DNA from: the human T2T-CHM13v2.0 reference genome, Homo sapiens
Direction: 5' to 3' (one strand)
Length of the DNA: 64,000 nt
Assembly: GCF_009914755.1 (NCBI RefSeq)
Contig: NC_060930.1
In this document: positions 40,380-57,200 of the stretch, one piece after another
Layout of the letters: every line of letters starts with the position of its first letter
How positions within the stretch are numbered: position 1 is the first letter of the stretch
Notes under the pieces: model-generated
The model's database searches: none
Told to the model about the DNA's origin: nothing
The model's input: the letters and a program-made list of their open reading frames with translations, nothing else
Made by a program: the position numbers and the translations under genes

Positions 40380-43100
40380 AAATTCATTTAAAATGTTTGC
40401 TATTTGCCTACTATACACCAGGCACTATGCTGGAAATGTGATGGTGAAGAACAGACGTAACACTTGCTCTAAGAGCGATTACATCCTAGCGGGGAAAACA
40501 TACTAAATGATAAAAAAAAAAAAAAAAGTACAATTAAAATTGTTATTAGTGTTATAAAGAATCCATATATGGTGCCGTAAAATTTGATGATAGGGCACAT
40601 GACTTAGAGAGCTTCTCTAGGAAAGTGAGAATTGGAGCTATGATGGGGAAAATGAATATAAATTATAATAACTAGCACAGAAAGAAAGAGCATTCCAAGC
40701 AGAAAGAGAAGCTTGTATAATGGTCCTCCTGTAGGAGGAAGCACAGTTCTTCAGAGGGAGTGAGAGCAGAGGGGAGCTACATGAAGCTGGAGAGATGGGC
40801 AGGGCCAGACAGTGCAGGACCTTTAGGTCATACCAAAGATCCTAATGCTTGCTCTAACGGAGGCGGAAGTTACCAAAATGAGGTAAGCAAAAGAGAGGGG
40901 AAAGGGCAAGGGAGAGGAGAGGATGAAGTAAAGGGACATCTGAAAACAAACAGTTTAGGGAAAATTTTGAGATTGGGACATATTAGAAATTTGGACCCAA
41001 TATTTCAGAGTTCCAAATGACAATGAACATCAAATAGGCAGTTGAACATGTTGGTTGACCTCAAAGGAGAGGTCTGAGCTGCATCAGCACATAATTGGTA
41101 ATTGAAGACATAGATACAGGCGAGACCACCAAGGGAGAGAGCACAGAGAAAGAAGAGAAGTGGTCCTAGGAGGCCTTGGAAGAACTCTAGCATTTAATGC
41201 CAAGATAATGGACAATACACCTACAAAAAGGTGAAGGAGAGCCAGGGAGGGTGGTGCCAATGAAGCTAAGGGAAGACAGTGTTATGGAGTTGGCATTACC
41301 AGGATCTGGGGCTCTGGGCCAGTCAACTGAATGAAGACTGAAAACATTCACTGGTGACATGATCACTTTAGATAAAAGTCATTGGTAGAGTTAGCAAGAG
41401 CCATTTGAAAAAAGTGAGAAAAGTAAAAGGCAAACTAGGTTAAAAAATGTAAGGTGAGAAATGAAGGCATGTTCACTACCTCTCAGCTATAATTTCAAAA
41501 TCCAAAAGCATTGAAATATTAAAGTTTTGGGTTTTGTTATTTTAATAACTCATTTGGAAGCAAAATGTGACATGGACTGATATGAGGCTATTTATCGATA
41601 GCACTTATTGCTCCTACTGAAAGTGACAGCCACACACTTCAGGGCAGAAACGGCAATGTGTCGATTACAGGGAACTGCTCCACAATTCACTGGGGCTATT
41701 ATACTACAGATGGTATGTACATGTTAATGTTTTCCTAAATCCAAAATATTCCAAATTCTGAATCAAATCTGGCCCTAAGGGCTTTAGATAGGGATTTCAT
41801 TTGTATGAAAATGATTCTTTTAAAAAGTTTGTCTGAAAAGGGAATAATATGGCAGAATAGCAGTAGAAAGGGGATATGGGATCAAGCTGATAGAAAAGAT
41901 TAAATGGAGAAGGTTTAGTTGAATAAATTACGAAGAGATCATCAATATTTTAGAGTTTCTGAGAAGGTAGAATGAGATGGAATCCAAAGTACAGGTAGAA
42001 ACTGAGCTGAGACGGGAGAAACGCTCTTTTATTGCAATAGAAGGCAGCTTTGCATGTTTAGGAACTGCAAAATGAAAATTCCTAATGGATGCTTTCTATT
42101 TTCTCCATAATACAGCACCTAGTTATGCTCTGGAACCACCCAAGGAAAGTAAAAAGATTTGCAAAGTGAATAAGGTTTTCAGTAACTGCTGCGCAAAAAG
42201 AGAATAAGTTGAACATTTAAAAAATTAGAGGAATTGTTGGATAGTATTGAGGGCCCATTTAAGATTTGTGATAATGAATTTATAGTGGAACCTATCTGCC
42301 TTTGTGTGACTTTTTCTAGCAATGTTCAGCCATTCACGAAAAAGGCACAGAGAAGACATTAACTGCTTCATTAGGAGTTAAGAATCTATCCAACAGGTAT
42401 AAGAAGAAAGTATATGGCATTGAAATTACAAATAATGAAATCTAAGCTAATTTTAAAAATAAATAAAATAACAAAGGAAGAGTCCTGATGCACTAGGAGA
42501 AAGCAGAGGGATCTGTAAGTAAAGAAGAAGAAATCTTAGTAAATTTCTGATGAGAGGTAAAGCTCACGGGAAATAAGGTAGTCAAAGAACTGAAAATCCA
42601 GTGTTGGACTTGGTGGTGTTTTTCCATACAGATAGGTCATAAGCTGTGATCATGAAGAGCTTAGAGGGAGAAGAAAAGAGTAAGCCAGCTGCCAAAGTCT
42701 CCCATGAGTAAGGAGAAATGACTGTGAGGCTGTTCACTAGATGACAGCAGTAAAGACTGACAGAAGGCTGGCTCAGCTAAAGACAATAACTTCAAAAGAA
42801 TAGAAATCAAGGGGGGGAAATGATGAAAGAATAATGATGGAAAGGAAGGACAGAGCCTCAGGTTTAAGAGGCTATAAATGAAGTAAAGCAAGAAGTAGGA
42901 AAAACACTAGGAAAATAGATTGAGAATTATAGAAGGATTGGCTTTGCGTGAAAAAGCAGTTCCTGAAGTTACAGCAAAAGTGGAGGGGAGTGACAGGTGA
43001 GTGAGGAGATAAGGAAGGAGGATACTTAAGAGCATGATGATGATGACGATGATGGGGTGTGCGTATGTGCATGTGTATGTGTTAGGAACAAGGAGACATC
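40380..43100 (-). mobile_element. Long degraded L2 LINE, interrupted by a MITE
   Basis: L2 3' end (tttgcctactatacaccaggcactatgctgg) and a purine-rich L2 body. Confidence 0.6.
41475..41805. mobile_element. TcMar-Tigger MITE (MamRep434-like), second copy
   Basis: Similar to 8110-8412 (aatccaaaagc..gaaa..gtttt; tgaggc; gcagaaac; ctaaggg..gataggg). Confidence 0.5.
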
Positions 43101-43551
43101 CTGACTGATTACAACAAGGAAAAGTGGCATGGGGGATTCTGGCCTCTGTCAAAAGAAGAGGAAAAAAAAACATAGAGCATGAAAATGTCTCAATCCAGCC
43201 TTTATGACACTAATTCCAACTTCCTGTTATAGTTCATCTTAGTATCTTCCAACCATTTTGCACGTAAAAAATTTATTGTCCCACTTAACACATTTAGTAC
43301 ACTGAAATACTGAAATTTTGGCTTTTAAAAAGGTAGGTGGGTCATACAATGGCATAAAAGGTCTCTAAGCACACAAAAAAATTACAATGTGATCCTGTAA
43401 TATTTCTGGGGATGCAATAAATATCAGAATACTTTTTGATTTTTTTTCTATAGAACATCAAACTCACGATGTAACATTTCAAAAATGTGGTTATTTAAGT
43501 GAAAGTAGAGGGGGAAAGTCTAGTATGGATTTGAATACCACCCCATTAAAG

Positions 43552-43700
43552 CAGTGGTTCTTAAATCTTTATTTTCAGTCAGGTACCCCTTTTAAAAACT
43601 AACAGAAACCATGGGGCATTCTTCATAGAAAAATGTACCACACATATAAAATTTTGCATGCTATTTCAAGGACATCAATAAGTCCAACTCTAGAACTTCT
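43552..43700. mobile_element. Charlie4z-like MITE
   Basis: cagtggttcttaa...agaaaaatgtac..aaaattttgcat..atttcaagg. Confidence 0.55.
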
Positions 43701-45858
43701 GAGAGATAACCATGGCTAAGGCTATTTTGGAAATATATTAATTTAAATTAATGATGTTATCCACAGTCAAGGATAAAAACATACATTCAGTAAATTATCC
43801 ACTGAGCTGTTCTTAACAGCAAGGTGATTTACTTCCACTTACTGAATACATTACAAATTCCCCCTCATAACTAGCACCATTCTGGAAGGCAGGCAAACTC
43901 TACTGACATAAGTCAGAAAGGAACTCATAACTAAAATAGCAAGTCATAGATCAATAAGAGATACATATATATAATCAAATCCATATTTTTTAAAATGTAA
44001 AATGTTTACTGTGTTCTCCCATCTTCCCCAAACAACTGGAAATTCATTCACCATTTAACAATCCCAAGAAATTGAACACTAAATTTTCAGTAAGTCCCAA
44101 AATATGACAGTAAGAAATAAGTACTGGATGAAAAAGAAGGAAGCTTTGATTCTGGTCCCTGCCCTACCACTAATTAGCTGTCACCTTACGGCTTAAGCAG
44201 TTCATTTAATTTCACTAGCTTCAGTTTCCTCTAAACTTTTCCATGAAGTACGTAAAATTTCCACTTCCTATAATGAGGTGAATTAAACCACTAAGATGTC
44301 CTTTAAATCAACTAGCCCACTATGAGATAAAAATAAAATGCACCATTCCAAAGAAAGATTATTAATGTCCTCCCCTAGGCCTCACAAAACCCACCCACCA
44401 AATCATGATCACCCAAAAGATACATATTCTGAAAACTCATATATTCATAATTAGTGTTCAGTCTCTAGAATAGAGAAGAACTAATCATCCGTTAGGTACA
44501 GTTTTCATTCAGACAGAAATAATAGCCACCCAGCTGAAGGGCTACCCAACTGATCAAGTCTAATCTTATTTTATTGACAAAGAAACAAGGGACAAATAAG
44601 TGACTTCACCTTAGTGGCAAAGCTTGCACTTAAACCAAATTACCTCGCTGCCTGTCCAGTTGACCTTTCTCATCCTCCAGCTACCTCTGCAGCAAAACAT
44701 AATTAGAAACTGCCTCCATCCCCATAATTAGAAACATAATTAGAAACTCTGTCCCCAGTGGTTACCCCTTGAGAAGCTGCTTTCCCCAGGGCTCTCCTGG
44801 TTCCTTCCTGCGGCTAAGATCTAAATAGATTCTAGGTTTTCTCTTGAACATGAAATGATGTAGGTCTTTGGTCCTGAAGATTTTTTTTTCAATGTATATT
44901 CATTTGTGAAGGATGCAAAGGTAGATCTCTCTCACATCACACAACTGATACAGACTCGCTGAATTTAATGAAACCTTCTGCTTGCATATCCCCAATTTAT
45001 GCTCTTCTGATTCATTCCTTTGGTCTTTAAGCACACTCATTATCAGAATACTAGCTGTCAGGGGTCAGGAAGTGCCTTACACGTTCACGCAGTCCACAGT
45101 ACATGACACAGTGCTCTGCCTACAGTAAGCCACCAATAAATACAGTTTAATGATTAATCCCTAAGGGTTTAAATTGTGAAACTACAAGGTGACCTCTATT
45201 GTCTTTATAAGTTATCTTAGATGGCAATAACCTCCTCAATTTACTCTCTTTACTCACTCACTCCTTGCATTTCATACCAGCTACCTCCCAAAGTTGAGAT
45301 ATAAATTCTAGAAAGCCAACATGGCACTCTCATATGCTCTTCAGCCAGGTGCTTTACATGGTCGTTTACCTTTACACAACCATACAGAATAGGTATAATT
45401 ACTCCTACATTTCTTTAGAGAAACTGTGGTTCAGACAGGCTGATCTGCCAGAGGCCATACAACTGTGGCCTGTGACATAGCTAAATTAAAATATATATAT
45501 ATGAATTACATGGTGCTATTATCAAAAAGTGTATTCTACACTATTCTGAGAGACAAGTTATAAAACTTGTTGAGCTGAGCTGTAGAGGCAATAAGCAAGA
45601 GAAATTCAAAATATGTACCTGAGTAATTCTAGAAGGCTTAACAAATGAAATGAGATTTGATTTGACTGAAAAGTAATAAAGAGGAGGCAAAAATAATATG
45701 AGAAAAGGCATAAGCAGGGGTCAGTGGGGCAAAAATTCTAAATGTGGGCACTCATCAATATACTTTTAAAGACTATATAAAGTTTAAAAAAATGGCTTTT
45801 TTCAAAAAAAAAGATCTTTTGCAGATTATGTTCATGGACTCCCTTTCTCATTTAATAA

Positions 45859-46180
<322 letters not shown>

Positions 46181-46949
46181 TAAATATTCTTTGGAAGGAT
46201 AATTAGTAAAACTGTTTAGAAATAAGGAAAGCCAAATTAAGATTATGGAAGAGAAAAACCATAGAAATTTATATGTGATGATGATTTCTCCATAAAATAT
46301 GCTGCTGTGTCTCATCATTCTATAATTCCTTACCTTTTCCAAACCATTAATAAGGCATTCCCTAAGATTTGGCCCTAGGATCCTATTTACATTCTATAGA
46401 TATCTTCTATACACAAGGGCAACCAATCCTAATAGTCTACTATCGCTAGAAATCCAAGGCTCGGCCACCAGACAATTCACAGAACTTGAGCCTTGACCTA
46501 GTCATCGGATATTTCAGAGACTGAGTTTACCCCATCTGAAAAATGTACCACCTACCTCACAATGATATAATACATATCATATACATAAAAGCATTTAAGA
46601 AATTCTCATACAAAACTAAAAAATCAGACCTTTATTCTATAAAATTATTTTATTGTTTCTATAATAATATCCTTGGAAGAAAACTCTTAATGGCTGAAGT
46701 TTGTTATCAGTATATGTTTACTGATAATTTTTGGTTTTACTGGCTATTTCTGTACCTATTAACCTCTTTTAGTTTTAAAATGATTTTAGGTGATAATAGG
46801 ATCAAGAAGTACTACAATAAATATGTATCTAGCCATAGATAAATAGTATCACAAAGTACCTTACCTTGGCTTGAACTCAGTGTTTTTTATTTGCTTAAGT
46901 GTCATGCAGGTAAGTTTCAAGAGTACATAACAAATTAAGAATGATCTGG

Positions 46950-48710
<1,761 letters not shown>

Positions 48711-49988
48711 TAAAAATGACTTGTGCCTGTAGTATCTGATATGGTGTCTCTGCTTTCTATCTCTAGCTCCTCAAACCATGTTCTACTTCTGTCCACTAGG
48801 GTTTTCATCATCTCAGCTAATAAAATATACTCTGTAGCTCTGTACAGAAAAAATCTACTTGTAAATTTAGTCTTTAACACGACCGCAATTTACCCCTCAA
48901 GATCCACCTCTTCCTTGCAAACTCCCATAAACAGACTGAAAATCCCTGACATAAACACTCTTGTTTTCTCACATGCATGGCCATGGCTCATCTATTTCCA
49001 TGTTTCATGCAAAAGCCACTACTTTCATGAAAATTATACTTTAATTTTATTGTGCCAAGATTTGTGATTATTAACAGAAGGAAGCCATGGCTTCTTGGTA
49101 ATGCATGAATCACAGAGGCCAACTCCAGCAATGTATGAAGAAAGACTCTTAGATTCATTTCACAAAGATTTACTGAGAGCCTCTGAGGTAATTACCAACA
49201 GAATAAAGCACATATAAAGTTACATGCATACTTTTCATACCCTCAAAGGAGAATCCCAACAAGCTTTCCACACCAAATGCCTCCAATTCACCAGCCAGTT
49301 AGGTTAGTAGATAAGACATAGACTCTGCTGCAACACAACCTGAGTTTGAAGCCAGGCCTTGCCACTGCATGACCTCAAGTGAATCACTCAACTTTTCTCT
49401 ATGCCTAGTTTCCTCGTCCATAAAATAATAGTATCTGCCTAACAAAGATGTTAGGAGAACTGAGAATTAAATGAGCCAATACATGTAAAGTACATGTAAT
49501 GACTGGCACATATGAAAGCACACAGTCCGTGGGTCTCTGCCAGTCACCAAAATGCCAACTTCTTTTTCTCATGTGATACCAGGACATTTACAAACACAAA
49601 TTACTCTCTACCTATCACATATTCATTCATGAAGGGAAGGCGAGAAATGCCAACTGTGTGACACTGAGCTAGGTACTGAAATAAACAGACCCAAGAATGT
49701 GGTGAGACATAAGATTAGAAAAGCAGGTAACTCATTTAGAACCATGTCTAATATTTCACTTGATCTTGAAACATAAGAGCCACTGAAGGAATTTAAGCGT
49801 TGGAGAAACATATCATACTTTTAAAACTTACTCTGACCCCAGAATAGAAAATGGATTGTGGAGGCAAGATTGAAAGGAAAGCAGTTAGAAGATTGTTGTA
49901 CAAATACATGTAAGAAATTCTACAGTGATCTAAGAGCAATGGAGATAGAGAAAGGAATATTTAAGAGACTTTACTTTAAAAGATATTA

Positions 49989-50309
49989 CAGTCAGACCTT
50001 CATATCCTTGGGTTCTGCATCCATGGATTAGACCAAACACAAATTGAAAATATTTGAAAAAATTTACAAATAAGTATTTAACTACTATTTACATAGTATT
50101 TGGTATCTAGATTACTTATAATCTAGATTCCTTTTCATGTAATGGTAATTTAAAAAAGTAATCTACAGATGATGTAGAAGTATACAGGAAGATATGCATA
50201 GGTTATATGCAAATACGATGACATTTTATATCAGGGATTTAAGCATCAGCAGATGCTTGATGGAGGGGGGTACCAGAGCCGAAACCCAAGGAAACAAGGG
50301 ACAAGTGTA
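49989..50309. mobile_element. MER2-type MITE within L2 sequence
   Basis: TA|CAGTCagaccttcatatccttgggttctgcatccatggatt...gtgTA. Confidence 0.75.
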
Positions 50310-50986
50310 CAAGGTAAAATCATGAATCCTTGATATCTGAATGAACAGAGGAGATGAGAGAAAGGACAGTCCTCAGATTTTCTGCCAAGAAAGAAAGGGT
50401 AGATGGTGATGCCATGAACAAACAGGAAATACCTTCCAGGAAACTAAGAGAAGTCTGCTGGTCAGAATCTTATTTCTCTTACTCCTTTCATTCAGCACAA
50501 AATTACAACAGTCCATAAAGGAACTCTGCTTCCTCCTCCTAAGCAGAAACTGTCACCAAAAATTTTATTTTATGAAAGACTGCCTAGATACGATCTTGGA
50601 TCTTCAGAGTTTTTCAGGTTAAATTATAGCATGTTCTTGGCACTGAGGACACAAAGGTGAGTGACAGACTGTTTTTAGATAGCTTTCATTCTAACAGATG
50701 TGATGAACAGTACGATAAGATGAAACGAAAAAAAGAGACAGAGAAATTAAGATAAGTTTCTAGGAGACCACAACCACTGTGACTGCAGCTGAACAAGTAC
50801 TATAGTACCGGAAATGAGTAAGAAGGAACAGACATGAGAGTCAATACATTAATAGAACATGGAGATTAATTAAATCTTAGGAAGGCAAAACATAGGAACC
50901 TCAATGACTGCTATGACTCTAACCTAGACACTGTTCATGAATATAGACACATTTGGTCAGAGATTCCTTTAAGACATACAGATAGA

Positions 50987-51314
<328 letters not shown>

Positions 51315-51774
51315 AGACATACAGATAGAAATCCATAGAAAACAGTTGGATAATCAGGTTTACAGGAATGTTTACCAACATTAAAACACATGAAGCAATT
51401 CAAGACCTAGATTGCTTATCGAAAATGAAGAATGAGAAGGCAGCCAATGAAGGAACTCTTAATACTCAATAGAGAGGGAGGCTGAAAACAAGTATTTACC
51501 TTCCTCATAGAATCCTTACATAGAATTGAGATTCACATATCATACAGTTGGAGAGCCATATGTTAGAGGTCATTTGGTCTTGTCCATCATTTTACAGATG
51601 AAAATTTAAGTGAGATTCCAAAGTTCACATGGCTGATTAGTGGAGTTCTCGCTCTGGTGTTCTCTAGGTTGCTTCCACGGCACCCTCCCCTTTCCACTCT
51701 CTGTCCTCTAAATCTCAGGACCTCATGGAAGTGGTATTCCCAAGGTAACTGAAGCAGGGTGATTTTGAAGTTGA

Positions 51775-52441
<667 letters not shown>

Positions 52442-54223
52442 TAAAAATATTAATGCTTTGTCCAGATCACGATTTTGTGAGTTTAAGTGAGGTTAACCAT
52501 CATTAACATCTACTCAGATACTTCTGAATAACAGTTAATGTTAAAACCAATTATTCTGATTAGGTTTAATGTTTGCATTTCAGAATGTCCTAATATACAT
52601 AGTTAAAGCCTAGCAGTTAGTTCATTTTCTGCTTAACAAAGAGAAAGTTTCCGTTTACTACAATTTTTACTTCCAATGGGGAACCTGAAGGCTAGGCTAA
52701 TCTTCCTTTAATAATAAACACCTGGATACTGTCCACTTAACATTCTGTGAATGCCGATTTGGGGAGGTGAGAAAGGTATATTCAGGCTCTAAAGCATACA
52801 TCACAACATGATGCTATCAACTTTAAGTCACACATGATAATCTCAAATTGCTAAAAATAATAGCTCCAGACCAAAATGATGTAACTTGCATATCAAGCCT
52901 TTATTGCATATTCTCATGTAGCATATACTGTTTTCTGTCTATATTGTAAAATATATAGTGCCTTACCTCTTCAACTAAACTAAGAGTTCCAGAAGTTTAT
53001 TTTATGATATATTTTACAATATCCAGTCCAGTGCCTGGTACATATTAGGCACTGAAATATTTAATAAAATTATTTATTTATGAAGAAAAGGAACATACTC
53101 TCTAACCCAGTGATTCTCAGCTTGGGAGGAACAGGTAGATTAAAATAACAGGGACATCCTTGCTCCTCCCTTTTAAAAAGCACTGTCACTAGGAGACACT
53201 GATGCTGACAAGTGTTCTCTCATGTGTCCTGGGACAGAAAAAAAGATTTAGAACTATTTATCTGGTATAAAACTAATTTTACAGATAAAGAAGTCAGGCT
53301 CACGTAAATTAAACAATTTGTTCACACCCGTTTAACATTATTTGCAAATTAATAATCACCTACACCTAGTGTTGACTGGTTTCAGGTTCCTAACTAAAAA
53401 GATGTTTGGAGACCTGCCTGAAATCAGAAAACCAGATGGCCTTTTAAGGTTTATCTCCTTATAATCCTAATCGCTCCCCCATACAGATAGATCATTTATC
53501 TCTAAATGACATCAAATGCAAGATGTTTGAACATTTTAATACTATCATTGACATAAAATAGGGTACTAGTTAATAAAAACTGTTGCCTAGGGATAATGTT
53601 CTTAAATGCAATCCAAACCATCAAGTTCGGTTTCTTTCTTCACATAAAATCCTCAACTGAATGTAAGAAATATTACAAGGGAGAATTTTTAAAAGTAAAC
53701 TTGTGGCATTAAGTAATTTCAATTTTAATTAGTATCTCTAGAGATGTGAAACACTAATGTAGAACACTAGTTTTTGTTTTAAATTAAAAATGCCTTTATA
53801 ACTCTTAATCAATATTTTGGAAGTATTCTGAATCAAATTGAAATCTAAAAATTTATTCCACATTTAAAAATATATAAAGAAAAGGAGGAAAATATAGGAT
53901 ACAGAAATGTATGTATAATATAACCTTAACAACATAAAGAATAGAAACGCATAGACAAAAACTGAAAAAATAAGGCAAAGATAAATTATGTTATCTCAAG
54001 GTAAGAAAATCATGAGTGACCTTTTTCCCTTTTATTACATTAATATATTACTCTGACATTGTGAAAAGGTGATCTGAAAGATTTCAAAATGGGGAATTTT
54101 TTTATATTTATATGGCTTAGAAACATTCAAAACAAATTCACAACAGATTTTTAATCTAAGACAAATTCACAATTTAAAGTCATTCAGATCAAAATGCCTT
54201 GGTGAAAACAACATTCAAGCTTA

Positions 54224-54255
<32 letters not shown>

Positions 54256-57200
54256 ACAGGGGTTTTCCAGGTACGTACACTTTTGCCATCAATTGCTATT
54301 TTTCCTATAAATGTTTCAATATGCCAGTACATACAGATACACGTACACACACACAAATTAAGATTTTCAAAATTTCAAAGAAATCAGTGCTAAATTTCCA
54401 ATGAAAAAAACACTACTTAAAATATGAAATCATTTCACTGAATCTGACTAAACATTTAAATTCTAGTTACCAGATGTACATTCAGAAAGTACACCACCTC
54501 GGCTATGGAGAATAAACCACTTCCTTCAATAGCACTGTTGCATTGGCTGTGATTTATTTGTTATGAATTATTTTCTCACTTTAAAGCAGCTTTATAGCAT
54601 AACTTGCCTCATCAAATCCATTATAAAGCATCCAGCCTCCTATCACACTAGAAGAAAACAACCTAAAAGATTCACTGAGACCAGATTTCAATTTTATGTA
54701 AATAACACTGAACCAGCAATTTTTTAAAACAAAGACATTTAAATAAATTCAATCTACATATTACATTGGATTATATACGTTGAGGTAGTATATGCAAAAT
54801 TTATAATCTAATACATGCAATGAATTTAAATTATCATATTATGACCATTCTATAGCACTAAGAATTCTTGTTACTAATAATTTTCCTTTAAAAAGGAGAT
54901 TTATATTTTATTTGAAAATATTATTACTGTGACTGAAAACTTTGTTGGACTAGAAATAGGACAGCCTACAAAACAAGGCCTTTTTGCTTTACAGAATGAA
55001 AACAGTATACAACCTTCAAAAAATAACAAGGAAAAAAACCCACACTAAACAAATACATTGGTGTTTTTTTACCATTCTGCCCTAGGACTTCTCTTTCATT
55101 TATCCCAAACTCTCTCTGAGAGATCTCATTTATATCCCCATCCCTGGAACTATCTACCCTTGCGTCCCTCCCTAATAAATCACATTAATTCTTCTGTCCT
55201 AAGCTTGGGCATATTATTTATAAGCAAAGCTAGGAATGTGTATTTGAGAAATATCTCCTCAGCAATGCAGAATAATCTAAATTGAGTAAGTACCAACCAC
55301 GCACCAAGAAATGCTATAATGACTTAATATATGCTATAATGGCTCATTCAGCATTGCAACCACCAGAAAAAATAAGAACTATAACCCTACTTTTGCAAAT
55401 GAGGAAACTGTGGCATAGTGTTAAGTAATTTGCTAAAGGCCACACAGCTAGTAGTTGGTTCAGTTGAAATCTAAATCCAAGCAGTCTAACACAAGTACCA
55501 GTGCTCTTCTAAATTAATGTGGAAACTAGCAGTGAGAATCAACTCTGGTCATAAAAATCAGAAAAATAGTGCACACTTGGAGACAAGAAAAAGTTCAGGA
55601 GAAATAAAAATTTCATAGTATGCATGAGCTGAAATAAGGAAAAAAAGGTTTATAAGGACCTTACTGAAAACTTCAAGGGTTCTAGAATCAGAGATGATAA
55701 ATGAAAATTAAACTGTATTAATCAAATTTAAAAGGCATCAAAATTTATTAATATTCTGTATATTTAGGTGCCACACACTGTTTTTAGTGACAATAGAATA
55801 CACATACACAGGCCTTCATAGATTCGGCGTAATCCTTATTTCAACCTAGTCTTCAACTTCTTTAATACATTTTACCTTTGGGATTTTCAGAAACATGACC
55901 TTAAAGACAGGGAGAGGTTACTCCATTTGAATAATCCTTAAAAAAATTCTAGTTTTAAAAAAGACATACAATAAGATCATTGTATATCTCCAGATATAAT
56001 ACATTATTTCCAAACACCATTTTGAATTCATGTGTGAGCAAGATGGCTTAAGAAGACTTAGTAATGGCACCAATATCCAGAAATAACTCCATAGTAACAA
56101 ATATAATGAATTTTAAAGCAATTAATAAAGGAAAAGGAAATTAATATTGTTTAGGGACTGCTATGTAGATGTATAACTATTGTAGTTTGATCTAGCTTGA
56201 CAGTGTATTATGGGGAAAAAAGGAAAATGAAAAATATAATAGGCCTTTTATTTACAAAAGCATAATCAAAAATCCCTATATGTATGTGTCTATTTTTATA
56301 AATGGTTATGTGAAAGAATATATATCAGACTGTTGAAATGGCTAAATGGAGAAAGGGGCAACAGGTAAAAGGGCCTATATAAAAACATTATGAATGATTA
56401 AAAAAAACCCTCCAAAAAAAAAAAAAATCAGTGGAAGTAACTTGAGTACCTCAATTCATTAGACTTTAACATAATAATCCACTTTTTAACAGCATTTGCT
56501 CCTTAAGTGGTAATAAAAGAACACTATTTCTTTGAACTAAGTTCAATGATCATTTCCTGGGCATTTTCCATGAGCAAGACCTTATGACAACTGCATCATA
56601 TGGGTTATTTTACTTCTCAGAAACTTGTAAGGTAGACATTATTTTCTCATGGATAAATGGTATTTTTGGCAATGCCAACCTATAACAGCATGTTCAATGC
56701 ACTAGGGACACAATTTTCAGGGACACAAGGTAATTGCCATAAACAGGCCCAAGAAAAACTGCATAATTTATCTTTTATCCACTGTCAATGAATGAAAACT
56801 TCAATACAAATACAAAATCCTTCAGTGGAGTATAATTATCCTTTATGAAATAACACTATCAATGCTATTATGAATAATAATTAAATTTAACAATTAGTAT
56901 AATCTTTCTGAAGAAGTGTGCTAAAAGTACTATATGTACAATATGTACTATAAGTCTTAAAAATGCCCATCCCTTTTCATCCAGCAATTCCACTCTAAAA
57001 TCATATCTTTTATATAATAAATTGAAAGACTTAAGTTCCTATAATAACCAGACAGCTAGACAATGGAATACTATGAAATCTAAATTTATCGGTATTAAAA
57101 AGGGTCTATGTGTGGTTGTCAGAAACTAGGGGGAGGGCAAAATGAAGAGTTGTTTAATGTTGCACATGATTAAGTTAAAATGGGTTTTTTCAAAAAGGCA

